64,000 nucleotides of DNA, from NCBI RefSeq assembly GCF_022045235.1, contig NW_027266269.1, positions 16,802,001 through 16,866,000 on the forward strand, given 5' to 3'. The notes below the pieces were generated by a model that saw only the letters and a list, made by a program, of their open reading frames with translations, did no database searches and was not told the origin of the DNA. Positions 13,351 to 24,857 of the stretch are shown here, piece after piece (position 1 is the first letter of the stretch; each line of letters opens with the position of its first letter). Source of the stretch: Haliotis cracherodii. Its lineage: Eukaryota. The position numbers and the translations under genes are program-made.

Positions 13351-14040
13351 CATCTTCCTAAGGCAAATGATTTAACTGACTACTAAAGTCAGTTTCCACC
13401 CTTGCTGAACTTGGCTTGAATTTCTGGGTTCGATGGTAGCGTCACCAGCGGCTGTTACGAGTAATGTCCCTTCTATGCCTCTGCTTATTGACCAATCAGA
13501 TTCCACCACTCATATTGCCTGCATTTGCTTCAAACATGGTTGATGCATGTCATCGTATCCCAATTGCGTGGATCATTGCTCAAGATGTCAATCACTGGAT
13601 TGTTTGGTCCATACTCAATTATTTACACACTGCCGTATTGCTGGAATATTGCTGAGTGCAGCCTTAAACAACAAACCAAACCAAAAATCAAACATGGTAG
13701 GGCCCAGTCAAGACAATCTGATCGATAACCAAGATCTATATTGTCATAAAACAGGTCTTGTATAGCAAATCGCATCAAATCACATGAGCAGCTGGATTGA
13801 AAACATGGAAAGATTTGGAAATTATCTCTTGACACTGATGCACATGCTTTGCAAATCCTGCAGTTGACTCAAATCTGCACAACAGTTTACAAACCGAATG
13901 TTGATTTCTTTATGCGATTTTCATCTACTATGCATAACTCGTTAGTCCAACCAAAATTTAACTCCAAAATACGAGCCTAGTTCGGCAAGGGTGGAAACTG
14001 GACTTTTAAAGTCTGTTAACTCCCATGCCTCAGGAAGATG
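13351..14040. mobile_element. Non-autonomous DNA transposon (MITE), same family as 21749-22285 but in opposite orientation; carries a SINE insertion
   Basis: About 60-bp TIRs CATCTTCC...GGAAGATG. The flanks share aacaatg. The interior is the reverse complement of the 21.7-22.3 kb copy. Confidence 0.85.
13541..13687 (+). mobile_element. 5'-truncated SINE nested in the MITE
   Basis: Matches the 3' half of 17561-17820 and is flanked by an 11-bp TSD tcaaacatggt (13530-13540 and 13688-13698). Confidence 0.85.
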
Positions 14041-14094
14041 TAACAATGACAGAATAGTTTCAAATGAGGCATGAACATCCAGCTTTGGCCATTT

Positions 14095-14216
14095 GTTTGT
14101 TTATTTGTTTAGCGCTGCACTCAGCAATATTCCAGCTATATGACGGCGGTCTTTGAGTAATCGAGTCTTAACCAGACAATCCAGAGATTGATATCATGAA
14201 CCTCCATCCACGCAAT
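14095..14216 (-). mobile_element. SINE 3' fragment
   Basis: gcactcagcaatattccagctatatgacggcggtct...ccagacaatccag is the reverse complement of the same SINE tail. Confidence 0.75.
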
Positions 14217-14445
14217 TAAAAACAATGCAGACAGAATTACCCAAACGATTTTGAGTATTGGTGCTATCAGTTTTGCACACACAACCACAGGAACATTTTG
14301 TTAATGCGTATGCATAGAAATGTCAATAATACCCATGTTTGGGCATATATTAATATTCATATTCCAGATTTGCAACCGGTTTCAGTTTGGTCTTTTAACG
14401 AACAAAAAGTGTTATTTATTTACTCTTTAACGTGGGTAATAAATG

Positions 14446-14594
14446 TAATACCACACTCATTCTCGTTAGATACCATTTTTACGAAACTCCTGAACTTTCT
14501 ATCGTTTCTGACCTCGCTTTTGTTCGGTGAGATACCATAGGAAGACCCACACGTTTCGTACAAATGGTATCTTACGAGATTGGGTGTAGTATAC
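14446..14594. repeat. Long imperfect inverted repeat (hairpin), probably a non-autonomous element
   Basis: ataccacactcattctcgttagataccatttttacgaaac pairs with gtttcgtacaaatggtatcttacgagattgggtgtagtat. Confidence 0.75.
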
Positions 14595-15539
14595 TTTGGT
14601 CTTTTTACCGAAGCGACCCTGAATGCAGCCCGCCTGAAATCAAGGCGTCCTTTGAAGGGTGTGTGACCTTAACGGATTGTCATTGGCGGCAAAGATAGGG
14701 GTATGCTAGGCATAACCAGGGACGTTACACTATGTATATAGAATAATCAAGGTGTCAGGGTGACGGGCGGTTTAACACAGGCGTGCTGTGGTTGTTCCTT
14801 GGCTAAAATTATCAGCAGAAATTTTGAACTGCAGGATAACACATCAAGTCGTCACTAGTTGTCTCAGACGACAAGGCTTACAGATATGTGAGATGTCAGC
14901 CCGAGAGAGTCCATCAGATACCCACTACACGCCAACGTGACCCAGCTTTGGGTAACTCTTCGGGCGAAATGGCGGGCAATACCAAGGGCACCCATACGGA
15001 AGTTAATCAACAGTATGCCACCAAAGTATCGTGCATTAGTCGTCCAACATGGAGGACACAACACCTATGTATCTACACGTCCGAAAATAATTTTACAGAC
15101 ATATATCATCATTACACCTTCAGTATCATCAGTTCCAATGTCTTTTGTGGCACGCCAAACTGTTGATGCAAGTACCTATACTGTCATAAAGCGCACATGT
15201 GTAACCCAGATGATAAAACAAATTGTAATTTGCATGTGGTACCTTCAGAATCAGGATTGACGATGTTAGTTTTGATAGTTATGCGAAAACAAACATTATG
15301 GAAACAATACTAGTAGATATGTTCACAACAATGACTTCTGAAACATTCGTTGTTTTCAAGAACAAACGGTATTAAGTTGACACAGTCATAGTGGTATACA
15401 TGATGATATTGACATTGCAGTGGTAAAGTCATATATATATATTTATATTTATAAGTAATCTTCTGAAAGTAATAGCTACATTGATGTAGTATTATGTTTT
15501 ATTGCAGTAAAACAGTGGAGACGTAAATATTGTCAAAAT

Positions 15540-16690
15540 AAACTGAGTCAAATTAAAAACTTCACATTTTTAAAAGTAATCCCATATATGATATACAACG
15601 GACAAATGTATTCGAGAAGCTAATTTTTAATCATTTATGTCCAAAGAAGGATTTTAATTAACCGTGGAAACCATAATTTGTTCCAAGCATCTACGGTATT
15701 GGGAAATAGCATCAACAGTTTAAATCATAAGTCCCAAGAACGAGAATCTGATGGCAAGCAAGTTGCGTTGACAACTGCCAGACAACGCCTCCGCATGGAC
15801 TTTGTGATACTTGTGAACACATGATTGGGTAGGCGACGCCATTGTTGCTGCAAAATGGTGCCAGGATCTTGCAAATTGTGTGGTTGGTTCTGGAGAGTAC
15901 GCAGACTTCTGCCAAGAGCATCCCAGACATGTTCGATGGGATTGAGGTCGGGAGACCTTGACGACCAGTCCATGACGTTGACTCCCGCATTCTGAAGGAA
16001 ATTCCTTGTCAAAATTGCTGTGTGGGGTCTGGCATTGTCGTGTTGGAAGATCAAACCGGGTCCATGAAGTTCTGGTGCCAGTACCTGGTCGCGGTAAGCA
16101 GCCGCGTTGAGGTTGCCGCGGATGACAAGAAGCCTGGACGTGCATTGCAACAAAAAGCACCCCACACCATGACACTTCCGCCTCGAAATCTGTCAACTTC
16201 CTGTACACAACACTGGGCGTAACGTTCATGACGGCGCCTCCACACCCTCGCCCTATCATCAGCAAATCGAAGATTAAATCGGGATTCATCACTGAAGACG
16301 ACTTGATTTTTCAGTTCCTCTGAGTCCATCGTAAGTGTTGCTGTGCCCACAATTGACGTTGACGTCTGTGTAATGGAGTCAGAATCGGTCCGCAGTATGG
16401 CCGTTGTGCTTGAGGGTGAGCAGTTCTCAGACGGTTTCGGACAGTTTGCGCACTCAGTCTACCCCTAAACAGTTCATTTCTGGTTGATGTAGCCGTCAAA
16501 TATCGGTTACGAGGGTGACGTAAGACAATCTGACATCCTCTGCATGTGACGTCACACGTGGTCGACCTAGCAGAGGGCGATCAGCGGTGGTACCCGTTTG
16601 CTGTAGACGCGTCTGTAAATCAAACAGTCCGTCGACTACAACCCATCGTCGTAGCGACTTCAGCTTGAGAGATTTTATACGTTCAACTAT
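15540..16690 (-). mobile_element. Tc1-family transposon with frameshifted DDE transposase pseudogene
   Basis: Overlapping ORFs give SAQTVRNRL, VVFSDESRF, GGSVMVWG, FQHDNARPH and SPDLNPIEHVW, all canonical Tc1 motifs. Confidence 0.93.
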
Positions 16691-17147
16691 CTAGTGAACA
16701 CATATTCACTCATACTGGCAATTTCTATGTGTAGGTTAAGGTTTCAAAGCAATGGATGTGTTAGTATCACACATTAAGATCTGTAATTCTAGTCCTAAGA
16801 CATGTTATCAACTGTTTAACTATTTCGTAACTTCTACAACGTGTTATGGATGAGAAGTCTAGGGTGCTGTTACTGCACCGTGTATTAAAAATGTCCACTT
16901 GAATTTTTTCAAAATAATTTCAAATGTGCACCGAAAAAATCTAATGCAGCAGTATACGGGGAACTGGTGCGCTATCCTTATTGAATTGTTAGATATGCGA
17001 GAATGATAAATTATTAGTTTAAATTTGTTAAATACTAATAACGTTTCAATGTGAAGTCTACATGATATACGACTTTTCCATTGGGCGGGAGGTAGAACAC
17101 ATGACCGCGAAACCTAAGTTCATAAATATGTGATGTCTTTATTTGAA

Positions 17148-17559
17148 GTTTTCTCTATAAACTGCTTTTCTATTGGAGGAGAGGCCAGTCACGAGAGCTC
17201 GAAACCAAAGTTCATTTAAGAATTGAACGTCAGTTTGGATTGGTTCATTGAAGTGTGAACGATTTAAAGGAGCTGGTTAAACACGAAAATTAATCCGACA
17301 CTTTTAAATCGTTCACACTTCAATGAACCCATCCAAACTGACATTCAATCCTTTTTCTCTATAAACTGCTTTTCTATTGGAGGAGAGGCCAGTCACGAGA
17401 GCTCGAAACCAAAGTTCATTTAAGAACTGAACGTCAGTTTGGATTGGTTCATTGAAGTGTGAACGATTTAAAGGAGCTGGTTAAACACGAAAATTAATCC
17501 GACACTTTTAAATCGTTCACACTTCAATGAACCCATCCAAACTGACATTCAATCCTTTT
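17148..17559. repeat. 204-bp tandem duplication, each copy containing a roughly 130-bp palindrome
   Basis: ctctataaactgc occurs at 17153 and 17357. Arms tgaacgtcagtttggattggttcattgaagtgtgaacgatttaaa and tttaaatcgttcacacttcaatgaacccatccaaactgacattca. Confidence 0.9.
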
Positions 17560-17560
17560 C

Positions 17561-17820
17561 GACCCCTGAAGATCCTGGTTAGAATAGGTCTTCAGCAATC
17601 CATGCTTGGCCTATAAAAGGCGACTATGCTCGTCGTAAAAGGCGACTAAGAGGATCGGGTGGTCAGGCAGGCTGACTTGGTTGATGCATGTCATCGTATC
17701 CCAATTGCTTTGATCGATGCTCATGATATTAATCACTGAATTGTCTGGTCCAGACTCGTTTATTTACAGACTGCCGTCATATAACTGGAATATTGCTGAG
17801 TGCGGCCTTAAACTACCAAC
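17561..17820 (+). mobile_element. Longest copy of the SINE-like family
   Basis: Five related copies in the window. Carries a GTCGTAAAAGGCGACTAA hairpin motif (as I recall, a conserved central domain of metazoan SINEs) and the tail ggaatattgctgagtgcggccttaaac. Confidence 0.75.
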
Positions 17821-19730
17821 ACACATGCTCTTATAATTTCATACTTCATAGTTTACTGGTCTCGCGGATAATATCGCAACAATGATTGCTTACTTTGAAG
17901 TTCTCTGTTTAAGCCGTAGAATATTGTTTTGTCGGTATTTGCCGGCTCTCGATCGCATGCTTTTCCCCATTCATACTCAGAAAAAATAGTTTTTTGAATA
18001 TATGCAACTAAAGCTGAATATATGTCAGCATCAACATAATTTTATTCCCTGAACAACTTGACAAATACTATTTGGAATTAATCTAACCTCAACAAAAGGT
18101 AACAGGAAAGTTAATAAAAATCATTCTTTCGGAAAATATACTGTACATACGTCTTTAGGAAATATGGTCATCAGGTTTACGTCCATATTTAGGATCGCTG
18201 TGGGGACTCGCGTCCATGACGAGATATCCATATTTATTGCCTTCAATTGTGTCACGTAACTATTCGGAGATGATGAAAGTATAAATAGATTATGTGGAAA
18301 GTGTAACAGCATTAGTGCTGGAAGATGAACTGCACTTATTACTCTTTGACTGTAGTGCATAGACAGTTCCCAAAAGATGATGGTTTAATCTGCAATCGTA
18401 CGAAAAGCTACCTAGAGCAATGATATGCTTGTAATTGCAATCGGAGACCGTTAATGTTAGATTTTATAGTTAACAAATATTGTTAATGTATTTATTGTAA
18501 TGTTTTGTTTGTAATATATTTATACGTGGAAATACCGGCTGTTGGGAACATCCCATGTTAAGTCTATGGCAGGCTGCATATGTTGTTGTGTTGGGTCGTT
18601 GCAGGCTGCTGGGACGCTATTAAAAAAAAACCTACTCCTATTCTCTTGAGAAGTATATTTCCCGCGGGTTTATGACTGGAATGTGGTGTGACAACTGTAG
18701 GTGGAGAGGCCATGTCTCAGCTTTGTACAGCCGACGTTATGCGCGCACGTGATTTCCTTAGTTCGTTTCTGCAGGCGTTTTCTACTGGCATTATGCAGTA
18801 CTGTCTCTCTGCCACTTCTGAAATCGGTTATCCAGTCATCACACACAGTTGCAGTTACCAAGGGAACAGAACACAGCATCACATCACAGAGGTCACAGGG
18901 TCCAGTATTAATTTTAGCAATACCTATACCTATTAGAAGGCAGTGAACGGGGCTTATTTGTACCTTGTCTGCTGCTTTCAGTATCTTTACTGCATGCAAT
19001 CTACAGATGTTACTAATGACGTAGGGTGTCTTTTGGATGACGTAGACGTCCTTTGGGTGTTACTACTTAATTATTTAAGGATTTATTCAAGTAGGTTGTT
19101 ATATTGCTTAACTGGCCCTTACATCACTGTCGGACTGACTACGTATGCCGGCACTGTGACGTGAAGTTAACTCACTAATCACTGGTTCTGAGAGAGAGTG
19201 ACCCTTTGTGTCAGCCTGGCTGGGCAGACTTGCATAATGGGCCACTGTCCCACAGCTTGAGTGACCGTGAGTTAAGCCGCATATGTGAAACATAAAATAT
19301 CTTGTATGTGGCAGTCAGTTAGTGCATTCTCTACACTGAATTTACTTTGAGAATAGTCATATTAGTTTACCCATATAGGTTGCTTAATATATATTTTCTA
19401 ATAGGAATTTGGTGTTAGAAGAAAGCTATGACACTAAAATAAAACCGCAAAGACGCTTTAGTTTTTACATGCACCACTAACCAAAAATACGATGTTGATA
19501 TGTAATACCGTATTGCAATGTTTGATAAGCAGAACCGTTGAAGATACGAGCGTAAACGTCTATATATAGTTCGTTTCTGCTACCACAGTGAGGCGCTTTT
19601 TCAATATCTTTACTGCATTACCGTATAACAAACAACTGAAAATCAAATAGAGCCGCAAAGTACCACTCGTGAGAACATTTTTCACTGTATGCCTCTATAT
19701 TTTTTCTGGCGGCCGCTAGTTACTTCCAAT

Positions 19731-19874
19731 NNNNNNNNNNNNNNNNNNNNNNNNNNNNNNNNNNNNNNNNNNNNNNNNNNNNNNNNNNNNNNNNNNNNNN
19801 NNNNNNNNNNNNNNNNNNNNNNNNNNNNNNNNNNNNNNNNNNNNNNNNNNNNNNNNNNNNNNNNNNNNNNNNNN
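19731..19874. other. Assembly gap (144 N)
   Basis: Run of n. Confidence 1.
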
Positions 19875-20546
19875 TGCTGTTTATATAGGGGCTCCTTAGC
19901 TCATTATTAGCTGTGACACTCAAATCTTTAGGGGGTCATAACAAGTTCGTGGTGCCATAAACTGGAAACTCTTGGTCAGCAACTGTCCGATTTATGACCA
20001 TAACCTGGTCATTGAATAACACTCAAATCTATAGGGGGGTCAAAACAAGTTCTTCGTACAATAAACTCGAAACGCTTGGTCAGCAACTGTCTTGATCTAT
20101 GACCATCACCATCATTAAATACAAGAATGCATGGCGGGTGTCTCTATTCTTATTACCATGGGTCAGGAACTGTTTCGTCTGATGACCACAATAAGCCCAC
20201 CTGTCTACAGAGCCACTGGCCACACTGGATAGTGCAGTAGATGTACAGGATGATTTGTTTAGATGTAACTGAAAGACAATAGTCTTTAGTTTTCACATGT
20301 ACACAAGAACGAATGTTTTCTATAAAGAACCCTTGAAGATACGTGTTGAAAAGTAAGTTTCTGAAGACTTTGAACTGTCGTACAATCTCTTTGTCAAAAG
20401 GACATGTTCAAAACATGTCAGATCACAGTTTGGTGTACCAGGACATATGGACATCATACATAGGATGTTTGGATCCATTTCAATATCGATTTGGAGACGT
20501 AAATACTAAACAGTGACAAGTCTGACAGTTGGATGATCTGCTGAGG

Positions 20547-20827
20547 AGTGAGTGAGTCAGTTGGGATTAACGCCGCTTTTAACAGTATTCCAGTTATATC
20601 ACGGAGTGTCAGCTTAATGTGTGAGGAAAGCCCGAAGTGATGCAGGTCTCAGACGTTTACCACTTCGGTGAAACCCACGAGCGTGGGTATGGTGCTGACA
20701 AACCTAGAAACATAATCGGGATGAACCGGGATTCGAACCCACAATCATAGGTTTCTGGTGTGCCCAAAGGGACGCAACTCTGCACAGCGAATCGCGGCAC
20801 CTTAGACGACTGGGACACCCGTGCCCC
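20547..20827 (-). mobile_element. Full-length tRNA-derived SINE
   Basis: The minus-strand head has an A-box-like TGTCCCAGTCGTCTAAGG and a B box GGTTCGAATCC, with a (cact)n tail. TSD ctgctgagg at 20538-20546 and 20828-20836. Confidence 0.85.
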
Positions 20828-21748
20828 CTGCTGAGGGACAATAGATCAAAAGATGTTGTTATATATGAAATATATTATATTTTTCTCTCCGTAGTCTTCA
20901 ATCTAACATCATAGTCAGCATACACTTACAAAATTTGGTAGAAATCGGACCAGTGGTGGCCGGGTTACGGGTATTTAAAAGTTGCTGGCATTTTCAGGGA
21001 CCAAAATCTTCGAAATCTTCGAAATCTTCTAAGTCGGACATATGGTTTTTATCCATATCGTTAGAGCAGTCTCCACAGAATTTTAAGGCGACAAAACACT
21101 CTTTGAAAATTGAAAAAAAAGGTGAAAAATCGGTCATTTTCAGGTGCCAAAAACTTTAACATCTTCTTAGTCGGACATATGGTTTGTATTTAGCCCCAGG
21201 TATCTGTCCCGCAGTTACCCTGGTTACAACAACTATGTTATCATTGTAATACTTTAACAAGGCACCAGTAATGTACTTCACTTGTTTATTACTTGTACTA
21301 TTAAATTCAAAATATGAGGTAATTAAGTTTAAGAATATTAAGAATTATTAAGTGAAAGTATTTTACTCTACTGTAATGGTGAATTCATTGTTCAAGAAGA
21401 GTATTGTAAGATCTGTGTCTTAGTCACTGCACGCTGTAGGTTACAACTTACACATGACGCCTGAACAGACAGTGCCTTTGTAACATATTATGAGTATGAG
21501 TGCATTATACTTCATTCTGGCGCGTATTACACGAAAAAACAGTGGGTTTGTTTTTGGAACAAGCAAATGTTGAATTAATGAGCACTTTTAAAAGAAAGGT
21601 TCTTGGACATGTTTTCCCTTTCTTTTAACTGAAATTATATGACAGGTGTTTATAAAATGCGTTAAGTTTCACACATTGAGAAAGTGTCCAACCACGAGCA
21701 TGTCCGCGTTATTGGAAGGTAAATATACATGCCCTGTAGTCATAGATA

Positions 21749-22285
21749 CATCTTCCCAAGGCAAGAGAGTTAACTGACTATAAAAGTCTAGTTTCCACCC
21801 TTGTCGAACTAGACTGGTGTTACGGAGTTACATTTTGGCTGGACTAATGAGTCTATGCATCAAAATCAAAATCGCGCACCGAAATCGAAATCCGGTTCGT
21901 AAACTGTTGTGCAGATTTTGGTCGATTGCAGGATTTGCAAAGCACGTGCACCGCCAACTCATTGTCTGCAGATATTTTCAGAATCTTTTCATGTTTTAAA
22001 TCAAGGTGCTCACGTGATTTGATGCATTTCGCGATGTAAGACACGTTTTATCACAATATAGATCTTGATTATCGATCAGATCGTCCTGACTCGGCGCCGC
22101 CATTTTGAGTGAAGTAAATGCAAGTGATACGAGAGGTGGAATCTGATTGGTCCAATGGAGAGGTTTAGAAGGGACATAACTGGTAATAGCCACTGGTGGC
22201 GCTACGATCGATCCCAATAATTCCAGTTCGGCAAGGTTGGAAACTGGACTATTAAGTCACTTGACTCTCTTGCCTCGGGAAGATG
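21749..22285. mobile_element. MITE with about 60-bp TIRs inserted in the first minisatellite unit
   Basis: catcttcccaaggcaagagagt... and ...actctcttgcctcgggaagatg, with tcatagata duplicated on both sides (TSD 9 bp, or 7 bp if the TIRs extend by one base). Confidence 0.9.
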
Positions 22286-22569
22286 TCATAGATACGACTT
22301 TAACCTCTCATTGGAAAGTAAATTTATTCATGCCATGTAGTCGTGGCTACGGCTTTAACCTTGCATTGTAAATATACATGCCATGTAGTCGTAGATACGA
22401 CTTTAACCTCTCATTGGAGAGTAAATTTATACATGCCATGTAGTCGTAGATACGACTTTAACCTCTCATTGGAAAGTAAATTTATACATGCCATGTAGTC
22501 GTAGCTACGGCTTTAACCTGTTATTGGAGGGTAAATATACGTACCATGTAGTCGTAGATACGGATTTAT

Positions 22570-23392
22570 AAACCTATTCATTGGGATCTCTATTAAGTAA
22601 GAGAGTTCTTTCTATAGGCATTAAAACCTATTATGAGGTTTTATTTTCGTTCTGGAGGTTTTACTTTGAATGTAAAACCTTAAATCCCAGGTTTAACCTC
22701 GAAAAAATGACTACAAGTAGCAATTCAAAATTTTGTCATGTGTACAGTGAATGAAGACTGGGTAACAAAATGAAAGTCGTCGTCGTCTCTCATCTTTCCA
22801 ATTCAGAGTCTCTGGTGAAAGGACAGCGAGGTTTCAAAACACGTGCTTTTAAACAAGTGCTTATAAATGCTGCACAATTTGCACGTGAAGTAACTGCTAG
22901 CCGTTACGTCACAACTACCTCTGCGTAACGGTTGGATTGTTTAAAGTCGTAAATCTTGTAAAGCAAAAGACACCTTTTAAATTTCCGAATTTTCGTTTTG
23001 AAAAGTTTAAAAGAAGTGGAATATTGCAAAACAAACATTTAGAGACCGAAGATTTCACTTTCATTTAAAAGTAAGTATTTTAGTTGTGTTTTGTTGTTGA
23101 CACATCCAAGTGCTCTTGACCGCCTGGCAAGTCAGCGAATTTCACGTGCAAGTTATGATATCACGTCTTCAAGGAAGCGCTATAATGAAGCGCCTCATTT
23201 ATCGATGCTCGTTGTAACATTTAATCAATTTAGACGGTTTATAAGTATGGAAAAATACTTTCCCTCGGTTTGGGTAGACAGAGCATGCCCTGGGGGTCGG
23301 GAAAAACCGCGGAGGCTTCGCCCCCATGGTTTTTCCCTCTCCCCAGGGCATGCTCTGTCTACCAAAACCTCGTGAGCGTGTTTTCTCCAATT
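22570..23392. mobile_element. Probable non-autonomous element ending in a long GC-rich hairpin
   Basis: Unique sequence splitting the minisatellite. Perfect 23-bp arms ggtagacagagcatgccctgggg and ccccagggcatgctctgtctacc around a gcttcgc loop (23267-23369). Confidence 0.6.
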
Positions 23393-24857
23393 CTTAATCT
23401 CTCATTGGTAGGTAAATAATTACATGCCATGTAGTCGTAGATACGGCTTTAATCTCTCATTGGTAGGTAAATAATTACATGTCATGTAGTCGTAGATACG
23501 GCTTTCACCTAACATTGGAAGGTATATATATATATATGCCATGTAGTCGTAGATACGTCTTTAATCTCTCATTGGTAGGTAAATAATTACATGCCATGTA
23601 GTCGTAGATACGGCTTTCACCTCGCATTGGAAGGTAAATATACATGCCCTGTAGTCGTAGATACGGCTTTCACCTCGCATTGGAAAATAAATATACATGT
23701 CCTGTGGTCGTAGATACGGCTTTCACCTCGCATTGGTAGGTAAATAATTACATGCCATGTAGTCGTAGATACGGCTTTCACCTCGCATTGGAAAATAAAT
23801 ATACATGTCCAGTGGTCGTAGATACGGCTTTCACCTCGCATTGGTAGGTAAATAATTACATGCCTGTAGTCGTAGATACGGCTTTAACCTCGCATTCGAA
23901 GGGGGGCTAGCTGGGATTTTGCTCGGCTACAGCTGCAAAACCAGATATTTTTATATTAGAACTATGATGCTAAATCATAAATGATAAAAACATCTTGCAA
24001 CAATGTATTTTCTGTGTCTGGGAGTTTTGTTTTTGTAACCTGTCTGAAGCATAATACCATATATGTCCCAAGTCCCTGACGTTCCCGCCCCTCTCAACTC
24101 TATTCCACCCCTTTATCTATTTCCTCATCTGGCTAATCATTTTTCGTTAATGTATAGCCCTCGACCTACTACCCTCACCCCTGGATGCTCGTGGCCAGGC
24201 ATGCTCCCGTAGTCTTCAACTACCAGAGCTGCCTGTATTATACCTATATTTATATTCCCGACTTACCGACCCCAACTCCCCCTCTTGATCTTTTATATAA
24301 TCAGTATGTCTCTTAATGCTTTATTAATTACTTTAATTATTTGTTAATTATCTAAATATATATTACACTATTATGCCTATAATACTAGGACAATGTATTT
24401 TTTTCGATAAACTCCCATTGTGATAGTGTGTAATTCATGCGCAAGGATGTATAATATTCAGTTTAAATTTGGACCTAAGCTCTTTGTATATAATTGTCAC
24501 AGGAACTAGTACCAGCTGTCAATCATTGCTCCACTCGCGTACACTTAAAATGATGTATGGCATATCCCGTACACACTGTTAGATACAGAATTATTATGAA
24601 GTAATAGGTTCGTTTTACTCAAAAGTGGTTGCATGATCTATCTAATTTGAATAAAAGTGGTTCAGTTTTAGGTCACTGATGGCTCAGAATATGAATGCTA
24701 TTCGGATTTCCAGTACTCGAAATACCAGGAGCTGAACTCTGCACTCTGTGGTGCCACTTGCAATTGCGACTTATCTATAACGATTCTAGACTATTGTCAC
24801 AGATCTTCTTGCATATCAAATTGCATAATCAGCACACATTACCTTCTAAGAATGGCT

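Larger units (their letters stand above)
21711..23900. repeat. Roughly 55-bp minisatellite interrupted by two insertions
   Basis: Unit attggaaggtaaatatacatgccatgtagtcgtagatacggctttaacctc at 21711-21748, 22286-22565 and 23393-23900. Confidence 0.9.

Noticed and set aside
18100-19700. Several short ORFs in unique sequence
   Set aside because: No recognisable motifs or exon structure.
20716-20827. tRNA-Leu-like sequence on the minus strand
   Set aside because: No convincing acceptor stem, over-long A-B box spacing, and it has a SINE body, tail and TSD.
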